From Dehalococcoidia bacterium (GTDB lineage: Bacteria > Chloroflexota > Dehalococcoidia > Lucifugimonadales > SAR202-VII-2): a stretch of DNA of 64,000 bases. Positions within the stretch are counted from its first letter, which is position 1, and each line of letters starts with the position of its first letter. Positions 1 through 7,605 of this stretch are shown here, piece by piece. The translations under genes were made by a program, and so were the position numbers. The notes below the pieces were generated by a model, which made no database searches, was not told the DNA's origin, and saw only the letters and a list, made by a program, of their open reading frames with translations. Location: positions 2,560,747 to 2,624,746 of the forward strand of contig OZ253584.1 of NCBI GenBank assembly GCA_965263165.1. The letters run 5' to 3'.

Positions 1-164
1 TCCCCGCCCCTTTCTTGGAACAGGACGTTATAGGTGGCGTTGGAGTTGAAGGGCGGGTCGAGGTAGATGAGGTCTACGGTCTCGTCGGCGACATGCTCCC
101 TGAGGATGTCGAGGTTGTCCCCGAAGTAGAGCTTGTTCTTTCAGTTGATCTCTTTGCTCGACAC
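1..164 (-). pseudogene. Site-specific DNA methyltransferase (N4/N6 type), N-terminal part, in-frame TGA at codon 8; runs off the window start
   Basis: Minus strand reads AGGAG-6nt-GTG TCG AGC AAA GAG ATC AAC TGA AAG AAC AAG..., i.e. VSSKEIN*KNKLYFGDNLDILREHVADETVDLIYLDPPFNSNATYNVLF, with the DPPF motif. TGA at 141-143. Confidence 0.8.
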
Positions 165-235
165 CTGTGTCTCCTCAGGGGATGTTGCCTTCCTCGCCAG
201 GTTGCCGCGCCCGCGAGTCTCGCTCGCATCTTGAC

Positions 236-1405
236 CTAGGGCCGCGACCAGAGTGACGCGACTTGGGGGGCTGCTTTTTCAACCTCCGCTTCCACGACCC
301 GCAGGAGGTCGTCGAGGCCCCAGCGGCGCTCGGCGGATATGACGACCGTGGGCATGTCCCTATCCTGCTTCCCCGCGATCTCAGCGGCGTCGATGCTCCC
401 GTTGGCCGCCGGTTGGATGAGGTCGGCCTTGTTGAGCACGAGGACCCGCGGGTAGGCGTCGACGCCAAGCTCCCGCAGTGTCTCGTCGACGACCTGGGCC
501 TGTTCGGCGGCGTTGGGATGGGTGATGTCCACGACGTGGAGGATCACGCTGGCTTCCTGAAGCTCCTCGAGGGTTGCCCTGAAGGCCGCAACGAGGCCGT
601 GGGAAAGCTTCTGGATGAACCCCACGGTGTCGGTGAGGAGAATAGGCCGCTCGTCCGGCAACTGAATGCGACGGGTTACCGGGTCCAGCGTGGAGAAGAG
701 CTGGTCCTGAGCGATGACGCCGGCCTTGCTGAGGGCGTTGAACAGGGTGCTCTTGCCGGCGTTGGTGTACCCGACCAAGGAGACCACGGAGATGCCGGCG
801 GCCCGGCGGCGCTCTCGGTAGCGGGAGCGGTGGCGCCGCACGAGGTCAAGCTCCCGCTTGAGACGTTGAATCCTGTTGTTGACAAGCCTGCGGTCCGTTT
901 CGAGCTGGCTCTCGCCGGGGCCTCGGGTGCCGATGCCGCCGCCCAGCCGCTCCAGGTGGGTCCATTGCCCTGCCAGCCGCGGCAGCAGGTACTCGTACTG
1001 CGCGAGCTCCACCTGGAGGCGTCCCTCGCGGGTGCTGGCGTGGCTGCCAAAGACATCCAGGATCAGGCTTGTGCGGTCGAGGACCTTGATCTCGAGGACG
1101 TGTTCAAGGTTTTGCTGCTGCGTGGGCCTGAGCTCATCGTCGAAGATGACGGATTCGGCGTCCAGCGCAGCGATGGCCTCCTTGAGCTCATCGAGTTTGC
1201 CCCGGCCGAGGTAGAACGGCCCCGGCTTCGCCCTCCGCTGCTTGACTCGGCCCACAACAGTGGCCCCTGCCGTGTGAGCGAGACGGCCCAACTCCTCCAA
1301 CGAGTCGTCGAGGTCCCAGAGCGCGAATCCCGGCGCAGGGCCAACGCCGACAAGGATTGCCCGCTCGGACCGGGCCTCCGTAGCATGCGTGGTTGGCTTG
1401 ACTAT
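236..1405 (-). CDS. hflX: GTPase HflX
   Basis: GYTNAGKS, DTVG and NKAD G-motifs plus the GIGTRGPGESQLE motif. The frame extends upstream of the tracked start (1300) through the conserved ERAILVGV. The only plausible start there is ATA at 1405, 8 nt after AGGGGG. Confidence 0.93.
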   Translation of the reverse strand: MVKPTTHATEARSERAILVGVGPAPGFALWDLDDSLEELGRLAHTAGATVVGRVKQRRAKPGPFYLGRGKLDELKEAIAALDAESVIFDDELRPTQQQNLEHVLEIKVLDRTSLILDVFGSHASTREGRLQVELAQYEYLLPRLAGQWTHLERLGGGIGTRGPGESQLETDRRLVNNRIQRLKRELDLVRRHRSRYRERRRAAGISVVSLVGYTNAGKSTLFNALSKAGVIAQDQLFSTLDPVTRRIQLPDERPILLTDTVGFIQKLSHGLVAAFRATLEELQEASVILHVVDITHPNAAEQAQVVDETLRELGVDAYPRVLVLNKADLIQPAANGSIDAAEIAGKQDRDMPTVVISAERRWGLDDLLRVVEAEVEKAAPQVASLWSRP

Positions 1406-1417
1406 TTCGGCAGCCCC

Positions 1418-2593
1418 CTACCCGTCCTTAGGTGGAATCTTCAGGTTGCGGAGCCGGTTCAGGCCCTCTTCGACCCGTTCACCGGGCGTTGTGAGGGAGA
1501 TGCGGAAGTAGCCCTCGCCGGCCTGGCCGTAGCCGGTCCCGGGCGTCACCACGACGCTGGCCTCGTCGAGGAGGAGGGTGGCGAACTCCGCCGAGGCGTA
1601 GCCGGGGGGGACGCTGGCCCAGATGTAGAGGCCGGCCTTGGGGTAGGTGTAAGCCAGGCCCATGTCGTCGAGGGCGGCCAGCACCTGGTCCCTGCGCCGG
1701 CGGTACACGGCCACGTTGTCGGCAATGATGTCCTGGGGCCCGGTGAGGGCCTCGATGGCGCCGTATTGGATGGACTGAGGAATGCCGGAGTCCAGGTTGG
1801 ACTTGAGGCGGGTCAGGGCGTCGACCATTGCGGCATTGCCAACGGCCATGCCGACGCGCCAGCCGGTCATGTTGTAGCACTTGGACAGTGAATGGAACTC
1901 CACGCCGACCTCGCGGGCGCCCGGCACTTCCAGGAAGCTCATGGGCTTGTAGCCATCGAAGGCCATCTCGCTGTAGGCGGCGTCGGAGAGGATGGCGACC
2001 TCATAGCGGCGGGCGAAGGCAATGCAGCGTTCGTAGAAATCGGCCTCGGCGACGGCGCCGGTGGGGTTGTTGGGATAGTTGACCCACAGGCAGGTTGCCC
2101 GTTGAGCGACGTCCGCGGGTATGGCGTCGAGGTCAGGGAGCCAACCGTTCTCTTCCTTTAAGGGGGTGAAGTACGGCTCTCCGCCGGCGAAGAGGGTTCC
2201 GGCGTTGTACACCGGATAGGCCGGATCCGGTATGAGGGCCACATCGCCCGGGTCGACGAAGCAGAAGGCGGTGTGCCCTATCCCCTCCTTGGCGCCGATG
2301 AGGGGCACGACTTCCTTGTTGGGGTCCAGCTCCTGGCCGAAGCGCTGGCCGTACCAGTCGGCGATAGCCTTGCGAAGCGCCGGGAGGCCGTCGGTTTCGG
2401 GGTAGCGGTGGTTCGGGGGGTTGTAGGTCTCGCTGGCGATTTTGTCCAGGATGTGCTTGGGTGTGGGAATATCGGGGTCGCCGATGCCGAAGGTGACGAC
2501 GTCTTCGCCCCGGGCCCGCTTCTCGGCGATCTTGCGGGAGATCTCAAGGAAGAGGTAGGGGGGAAGCCGGTCCAGGCGCTTGGATAGCCGCAT
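1418..2593 (-). CDS. dapL: LL-diaminopimelate aminotransferase (PLP class I)
   Basis: MRLSKRLDRLPPYLF start, NYPNNPTG, SLSKCYNMTGWRVG PLP-lysine motif; dapF nearby. Confidence 0.85.
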   Translation of the reverse strand: MRLSKRLDRLPPYLFLEISRKIAEKRARGEDVVTFGIGDPDIPTPKHILDKIASETYNPPNHRYPETDGLPALRKAIADWYGQRFGQELDPNKEVVPLIGAKEGIGHTAFCFVDPGDVALIPDPAYPVYNAGTLFAGGEPYFTPLKEENGWLPDLDAIPADVAQRATCLWVNYPNNPTGAVAEADFYERCIAFARRYEVAILSDAAYSEMAFDGYKPMSFLEVPGAREVGVEFHSLSKCYNMTGWRVGMAVGNAAMVDALTRLKSNLDSGIPQSIQYGAIEALTGPQDIIADNVAVYRRRRDQVLAALDDMGLAYTYPKAGLYIWASVPPGYASAEFATLLLDEASVVVTPGTGYGQAGEGYFRISLTTPGERVEEGLNRLRNLKIPPKDG

Positions 2594-2629
2594 GCAGTCT
2601 CCTTGGTGTGGTGAATGGCCGCCACGGGG

Positions 2630-2658
2630 ATTTTACAGGGCCGAGGCTGACTTTAGAA
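2630..2658 (-). promoter_or_regulatory. sigma70-type promoter for dapL-hflX
   Basis: Minus strand TTCTAA-17nt-TAAAAT upstream of the dapL start. Confidence 0.55.
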
Positions 2659-2762
2659 GGGCGGGGGTTGCGCGGCGGGCGGCGGCGCCCGCTTGGCTGA
2701 ACAGCGATATGAACGAGCGCTTCCTATTAAGGAAGAGGGTTCCCCCGGCTGGGGCGAAGGGA

Positions 2763-2860
2763 GGGGGCTTATGGCGGCGGGCGTTGTTGTCCCACCTAGC
2801 CCACCCCCCCCCCGGCGGGGGGTGGGCCCCCTGCACCCTGCTTGGGGGGACGGAGGGGGG
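2763..2860 (+). repeat. Intergenic repeat family B, copy 1
   Basis: Shares gtcccacct...ccccggcggggg...ccccctgcaccctgcttggggggacggagg with copies near 5771, 11176, 13165 and 40570. Confidence 0.85.
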
Positions 2861-2870
2861 AGGAGACGCA

Positions 2871-2891
2871 CCCTAACCTTCCCCCGAGTAC
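2871..2891. repeat. REP-like palindrome family A, left half (split by IS5; right half 4109-4125)
   Basis: Removing the IS restores cccccgagtactcggggg(cagggac), a perfect palindrome. Confidence 0.85.
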
Positions 2892-4108
2892 GAGACCTTT
2901 GCGTAATCCCCATTGATGCGCCGTTTGGTTGGAATGAGGGTTCTGGCGGGGATTGGGGGGCCTGATGGCGGCCTGCGGCCTGGCTCTCCTCCCCGGTCTC
3001 CCTGACTTCTCAGGGCTTCCCGGGCGCTTCCACCCCCTGCGGGCACACGCCGCCCCCGGCGGTCAGGCGGCATCCAGCAGAAGACGGTCAGCCCGCCGCA
3101 GGTTGTATGCCGCACACTTGAAGAACAGCTCCGTGGCGTTCCGCGCTAGCCCCATGTACCGCACCCGCCGGTAGCCGTAGGTCCGCTTCAGCGTCCCAAA
3201 CACCTTCTCCACCGCCGACCGCTGCTGTGCTATCAGTGCGTTCCGCCGCTGCTCCCACGGCGGCAGCACCGGATGATGCTTGTCCGCCCGCCGCATGATC
3301 CGGTCCTTGATGCCCAGGGACTTGAGCCAGGCACTCCGCTGCTTCGACCCGTAGGCCTTGTCCGCATACACCGCCGCCTCATCTCCCCTCACCAACGCCT
3401 CCGCCACTTCCGTATCGTTCACGTTGGCCGGCGTCAGCACCGCCTCCCGGATCAGCCCTGACCCTGCATCCACCCCCACGTGCGCCTTGTAGCCGAACTG
3501 CGACACCCCCCGCTGGCGCGTGAACCGCGCATCGGGGTCGGTCTCGCTCGGCGCTCCCGGCCGCCTCCCTCGCAGCGAAGGACGCTTCGCCTGCGCCTCC
3601 ACGATGGTCGCATCAAGGAGCGTCCCCTTCTTCACGAAGAGGTTGCGCTGCGCCAATTGCCGGTCCATCTCCTTGAACAGTCGCAGGGCCAAACCCCGCT
3701 CCGTCACTTCCCTGCGGAAGCGGCTGATCGTCGAGTGGTCGGGGACGGCGTCCTCCAGGCCAAGCCCCACGAACCGCTTGAACGAGACCCGGTCCCACAG
3801 CGCTTCCTCGATCGCTTCGTCGGAAGCGTCATACCACTGCTGGAGCACCATGACCTTGACCATCACCACCGGCGGATAGCTCGGACGGCCTGACGGGGCG
3901 GCATAGATGCCCTTGACCACGTTGGCCAACTCCTTCCAGTCCAGCATCGCCTCGAGCCGCTCCAACTTCCCGTTCCGTCCGACTCGGTCCGGGAGAAGCA
4001 CCTCAATGAACGACTGTCCACGTATCGTCCGGTGCATGGCTTCCCCTCCTTGGCGTTGGCTCTCCGTGCTGATTGTGCCTGACCAGAAAGAGGTTATGCA
4101 AAGGTCTC
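2892..4108 (-). mobile_element. IS5-family insertion sequence, complete (1217 bp), GTAC target duplication
   Basis: Terminal IRs GAGACCTTTGCRTAA at both ends; GTAC at 2888-2891 and 4109-4112; single transposase ORF. Confidence 0.95.
3063..4037 (-). CDS. IS5-family DDE transposase (324 aa)
   Basis: GRPSYP, PDHSTISRFR, LDATIVEA, GYKAHVGVD, YADKAY, VEKVFG motifs. Confidence 0.95.
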   Translation of the reverse strand: MHRTIRGQSFIEVLLPDRVGRNGKLERLEAMLDWKELANVVKGIYAAPSGRPSYPPVVMVKVMVLQQWYDASDEAIEEALWDRVSFKRFVGLGLEDAVPDHSTISRFRREVTERGLALRLFKEMDRQLAQRNLFVKKGTLLDATIVEAQAKRPSLRGRRPGAPSETDPDARFTRQRGVSQFGYKAHVGVDAGSGLIREAVLTPANVNDTEVAEALVRGDEAAVYADKAYGSKQRSAWLKSLGIKDRIMRRADKHHPVLPPWEQRRNALIAQQRSAVEKVFGTLKRTYGYRRVRYMGLARNATELFFKCAAYNLRRADRLLLDAA

Positions 4109-4202
4109 GTACTCGGGGGCAGGGACCGGAGGGTTGCCTTGAGCACGAGGGCAGTGATAGGAGGAGGCGACGCCGCGCCGAGGGGCGGCGGGGAAGGGTC
4201 CG

Positions 4203-5063
4203 CTACCGCGTCCACTCGCCGCGGAAGACCTCTTCCGCGGGGCCGGACATGAACATTTCGCCGAGGCCGTCCCACTCGATGTTCAGGGCGCCGCCCGGCA
4301 GCTCGACCTGAGCCACGTTGCCGGTGAGGCCCTGCAGGCGCGCCGCAGCGGCGGCCGCGCAGGCCCCGGTGCCGCAGGCAAGGGTCAGGCCGGCGCCGCG
4401 TTCCCAGACTCGCACCTTCATATGCGTGGGGTCGACGACCGAGACGATCTCGAAGTTGGTCCGCTTGGGGAACAGAGGGTGGCGCTCCACCTGCGGGCCG
4501 ATCTCAGCGAGGGGAAAGTCTTCCACGGGTTCGTCGAGGAAGGTCACGGCGTGGGGGTTGCCCAGGGAGACGAAGGTCATGGGCATCGTCCGCCCGTTCA
4601 CGGCGACGGGGTAGTTGAGCACCGGGCCGCCGGCGAGAGCGGTTGCCCCGTTGCCGCCATCGAGGTTGACGGGCACGAGCTCAGGAGCAACCACCGGTTG
4701 GCCCATGCCGATGCGAGCCCCGGTCACTCTACCCGCCTCCATGAAAGGCTCCACGGTCAGCGCGCCGGCGCCGGTCTCCACCCTGAACGATTCCGGCAAC
4801 ATGACGCCGTCCTCGACGACGTACTTGGCGAAGCAGCGGATGCCGTTGCCGCACATTTCGGCCTCGGAGCCATCCGGGTTGAACATGCGCATGCGGATGT
4901 CTGCAACATCCGATAGGCCGGCCACCAGCAGACCGTCGGCGCCGACGCCGAAGTGCCGGTCGCACATGTCCACGGCCAGCGAGGGCCAGTCGAGGTCGTC
5001 GTCGCGGCCGTCGACAAGGATGAAGTCATTGCCGCATCCGTGCATTTTGCTGAAGAGAATCAT
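4203..5063 (-). CDS. dapF: Diaminopimelate epimerase
   Basis: KMHGCGNDF, AEMCGNGIRC, GNPHAV, ERGAGLTLACGTG motifs. Confidence 0.97.
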   Translation of the reverse strand: MILFSKMHGCGNDFILVDGRDDDLDWPSLAVDMCDRHFGVGADGLLVAGLSDVADIRMRMFNPDGSEAEMCGNGIRCFAKYVVEDGVMLPESFRVETGAGALTVEPFMEAGRVTGARIGMGQPVVAPELVPVNLDGGNGATALAGGPVLNYPVAVNGRTMPMTFVSLGNPHAVTFLDEPVEDFPLAEIGPQVERHPLFPKRTNFEIVSVVDPTHMKVRVWERGAGLTLACGTGACAAAAAARLQGLTGNVAQVELPGGALNIEWDGLGEMFMSGPAEEVFRGEWTR

Positions 5064-5242
5064 GATTCCCGCTTCTCGTCCTTCTTACCAGGGATGATGT
5101 CGAGGTCGTCAATGTTGCCGTAGTTTTCCTTGGGCAGGTTCTGAAATCGCTCCCGGAAGTCTTCCACGCGGCGTTGTGCAAAGGTGCGCACGGCATAGGT
5201 CACCAGGGCCCCGACGGCAACTCCCAACAGGCGTCGCATCAT
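5060..5242 (-). CDS. Small (60 aa) protein with an N-terminal hydrophobic segment
   Basis: GGAGG RBS, own extended -10 promoter, stop overlaps the dapF start (ATGA). Confidence 0.6.
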   Translation of the reverse strand: MMRRLLGVAVGALVTYAVRTFAQRRVEDFRERFQNLPKENYGNIDDLDIIPGKKDEKRES

Positions 5243-5262
5243 TGACGATAACCTCCACCATC

Positions 5263-5271
5263 AGTATAGCA
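5263..5271 (-). promoter_or_regulatory. Extended -10 promoter for the small ORF and dapF
   Basis: TG-C-TATACT on the minus strand. Confidence 0.55.
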
Positions 5272-5387
5272 CCCCTACCCTTGTGCAGATAGCGCTCCTC
5301 CCGACTCCACCACTGTTGCGACGCTGAGACGGTGAGCGAGGCTTTGTAACGTTACTCAGCCGGATTTCGGGGTTTGCAGGCACGAAG

Positions 5388-5494
5388 CCATTACAAAGGC
5401 ATTACAGGTCATTACAAAGCCATTAAGAGTCGCTACAGAGTCATTACGGAGTCGTTACGGACCGTTGCCCAGCCGTTACGAGTCATTCGTCATT
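5388..5494. repeat. Degenerate tandem array of about 11 units of 10-11 bp (consensus approx. GTCATTACRRA)
   Basis: gccattacaaa ggcattacag gtcattacaaa gccattaaga gtcgctacaga gtcattacgga gtcgttacgga ccgttgccca gccgttacga gtcattc gtcatt. Confidence 0.75.
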
Positions 5495-5690
5495 TTGGAG
5501 CCATCCTGCTCCAAAGAGCCTGTGCCGTACAACGGCATTCGCTCCGGTCCCAGCCTTCCTCGGAGGGTTGTGGGCCTAGGGGTGTTCCCTCAGCGCGCCT
5601 GCCACAGGGGGATTCTCTGTGGTTAGCCCCCAGTGCTCATGTATGCGGCAGGCTCCGAGGAGGAGAAGCGGGCCAGTGGCTGACTTCATG
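5494..5690 (-). ncRNA. Candidate structured non-coding RNA
   Basis: Strong promoter upstream but no convincing ORF. Long-range stems gagcctg/caggctc, ccg/cgg, taca/tgta; internal hairpins; terminal hairpin ttggagc/gctccaa. Confidence 0.35.
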
Positions 5691-5696
5691 GGGGGC

Positions 5697-5725
5697 ACTA
5701 TAGCACAAATGAGCGGCTTCTGCAA
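5697..5725 (-). promoter_or_regulatory. Strong sigma70-type promoter with no downstream CDS
   Basis: TTGCAG-17nt-TATAGT with extended TG. Confidence 0.6.
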
Positions 5726-5770
5726 GGGGAGGAGGGCATAACCTAGGCGGATGGTCTTGTTGTGGCTTGC

Positions 5771-5915
5771 GCCCTCCTTCAGCGGAGGGGTTGGCTTGGC
5801 GTGCGCCGTTGTCCCACCTGCCCACCCTCCAACGTTTTTGGAAACAGGGGGACTCCCCCTGTACCCCCGGCGGGGGCTGCTGCGGCCTGCGCCCTGCTTT
5901 GGGGGACGGGGGGGC
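5771..5915 (+). repeat. Intergenic repeat family B, copy 2
   Basis: Matches the other family B copies (caggggga-ctccccctgt hairpin, ccccggcgggggctgc). Confidence 0.85.
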
Positions 5916-5945
5916 GCGACGGCCCCGAGCACTCCGAACGCTGGC

Positions 5946-6017
5946 CTAGGGGCTGTTCACACTGGCGGACTGGATTACCGGCCTTGGCCGGAAGGATGGC
6001 GGCTTTGTCAGGCCACA
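5946..6017 (-). mobile_element. 68-bp IS-end remnant (family C), copy 1
   Basis: Near-identical to 13036-13107; begins (C/T)TAG-GG(G/C)CTGTTCACACT; minus strand encodes ...PVIQSASVNSP* with the stop in the flanking TAG. Confidence 0.5.
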
Positions 6018-6055
6018 GGTGACAACCTCGCTAGCATAAGATACAGTCGTAAGCA

Positions 6056-6180
6056 CTCTGGCACGAGTTGGTCTGCCGCGCTCATCGCTGTGGACCATTG
6101 GTACTTGGGCTTGCCCGCAAGGAACAGGCACACGCCCCCTTGCGGCCCAACGTACCAGGAGACGGCAACTCGTGCCAGAG
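6056..6180 (+). ncRNA. Candidate rod-like structured RNA/element (125 nt)
   Basis: Perfect 15-bp terminal IR ctctggcacgagttg/caactcgtgccagag, nested stems tggtac/gtacca, ttggg/cccaa, ccgcaagg/ccttgcgg; GTGACA-17-TACAGT at 6019-6047. Confidence 0.4.
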
Positions 6181-6212
6181 GAGCCTGAATCCTTGCCTCA
6201 AGGGGGCTTCCC

Positions 6213-6719
6213 ATGTTGAAAAAGGTGGCGTTGGCCTTGGCCGCACTGGTTACCCTTTTCCTCGTCTGCACGGTCGCCATTACTGTGTTCGGGGACAGCG
6301 AAGAGACTCCTCGCTCCCCAGCGCCGTCAGCTACCTCTACGCTCGCGTCTGCGCCGAGTGTCACCCAAGCCCCTCCTACGCCTACGCCATCACGACCCAC
6401 AGACATATCAGACGGGACGCTTAAAATGGTCACAGATACCATCATCCTCTCGGACCCGCTCATCCGCGATGCGGCGATAAGTCAAGACGGCAACGACCTG
6501 AGTCTCGTGCTTGTGGTGGGGAATGCGATCAACGAGCAACACGCCAAAAGACTTGGGGACAACTTTGTCAGGATGCTCAAGAGCCTTGGCCCCGACGATC
6601 CCCCGGGCCAGGACATCGGAGCCGGGAAGTACAACTACCTTGTCGGCGTTTACTTCCCGGACGGGCAACGCTTGGTTCAAGGAGCCAAGTCGAGTAATAG
6701 CCAACGCATCGCCTGGTAG
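6213..6719 (+). CDS. Membrane-anchored/secreted hypothetical protein (TM or signal peptide, P/T/S linker, C-terminal domain)
   Basis: AAGGGGG RBS; hydrophobic N-terminus; PTPTPS linker. Confidence 0.75.
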   Translation: MLKKVALALAALVTLFLVCTVAITVFGDSEETPRSPAPSATSTLASAPSVTQAPPTPTPSRPTDISDGTLKMVTDTIILSDPLIRDAAISQDGNDLSLVLVVGNAINEQHAKRLGDNFVRMLKSLGPDDPPGQDIGAGKYNYLVGVYFPDGQRLVQGAKSSNSQRIAW

Positions 6720-6865
6720 CGGGTAACCAGGTGAGCGGCTTACCCTTCCTTGGGTTCGCCCCCAATCTCAAAGCGGGTGACTGCCGGGAGACCATTCGCG
6801 CGGAGCACAGCGATGATGGCGCGAGCAAGTTCTTGATTGGGGTCAGGAGGGGGCGAAACCCCCAT

Positions 6866-6903
6866 CCTAACCTGCCCCCGTATTCGGGGGGCAGGGACAG
6901 AGG
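6866..6903. repeat. REP-like palindrome family A
   Basis: cctaacctgcccccgtattcggggggcagggacagagg. Confidence 0.75.
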
Positions 6904-7003
6904 CGTCTCCGGCGGCAGTTGGAACCCGCAATTGCAGAAATAGGTAGCGTCCCTACCGTGATAAGCCAATGGCGCTCCGTCCTACAAGTGTTAAAGGGCA
7001 GAC

Positions 7004-7453
7004 GTGCAGCAACCTAGCTGGAAAGGGGTCAAGGTCGGCATCCTTCTAGGGACGCTTGGCCTCGCCCTCGCCCTGATCAACTGTAGCAGCGGCTCGGAGG
7101 CCGGCGACTATGGGCAAAGCTCAGAGTCCGGCTACTATTCGTATGCGGCGATCGGCGAGGGCGGTGTAGAACCCAGTCCCGACTTGGCTCTCATCGATAC
7201 CCTCCACTTTCATCGAGACGGGGCGCAGCTGGTTCTGTCGTACGACCTGGGCACCAACGCCTTCACAGGCACAGTGGAAAACACCACAGAGTCCACGCTG
7301 TCCAAGGTCAGGGTCGAAGTCCACCTCTCAAACGGGAGTAAGTTAGGTCCGACCACTCCGGTCGACCTGGCTCCCAGTCAGGTTGTGGCCATCACCCTCC
7401 CGGCAAGCAGTCACTCCTTCACCTTTTGGAGCGCATACCCAGAAGTCGGCTGA
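7004..7453 (+). CDS. Putative lipoprotein, hypothetical
   Basis: Hydrophobic signal ending LALALINC-SSG; beta-rich C-terminal domain; ends at the group II intron remnant. Confidence 0.7.
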   Translation: MQQPSWKGVKVGILLGTLGLALALINCSSGSEAGDYGQSSESGYYSYAAIGEGGVEPSPDLALIDTLHFHRDGAQLVLSYDLGTNAFTGTVENTTESTLSKVRVEVHLSNGSKLGPTTPVDLAPSQVVAITLPASSHSFTFWSAYPEVG

Positions 7454-7603
7454 TCTCTGGAATGCCCAACACTTTCCAGACACTACCGCTTTGTACCGAC
7501 ACAGGAGAGCCGGATGCGATGAAAGCCACACGTCCGGTTCGGAGGGGGGCCGACGGAAGAGTGCTCCGGGGCACCGGAGTAACTCGCCTGCGGCCTACCC
7601 TAC
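7454..7603 (+). mobile_element. Group II intron 3' remnant (domains V and VI only)
   Basis: DV gAGCcggatgcgatgaaagccacacgtccggttc (7507-7540) followed by ggagggggg and DVI ending cctaccctAC at 7603. Confidence 0.85.
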
Positions 7604-7605
7604 AC

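Noticed and set aside
141-143. Selenocysteine recoding of the methyltransferase TGA
   Set aside because: The position is not a Cys site in this family and no convincing downstream SECIS hairpin is present.
263-1891. 542-aa plus-strand ORF and many similar long antisense ORFs (e.g. 14721-15569, 16749-18071, 44314-45450, 61010-62125)
   Set aside because: They overlap well-supported genes on the opposite strand; typical high-GC shadow frames with no motifs.
5296-5312. tmRNA/tRNA 3' end (ctccacca)
   Set aside because: No preceding T-arm (GGTTCGA) or acceptor partner.
5285-5470. Lysine riboswitch upstream of dapF
   Set aside because: The minus strand has a GGAGCGCTATC 3'-like motif, but no matching 5' GATAGAGG/P1-P2 region, and the motif lies upstream of the gene's own -10.
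5543-5600. HDV-like ribozyme (ggtcccagccttcctcg)
   Set aside because: The P3 3' strand and P2 partner (gggac) cannot be formed downstream.
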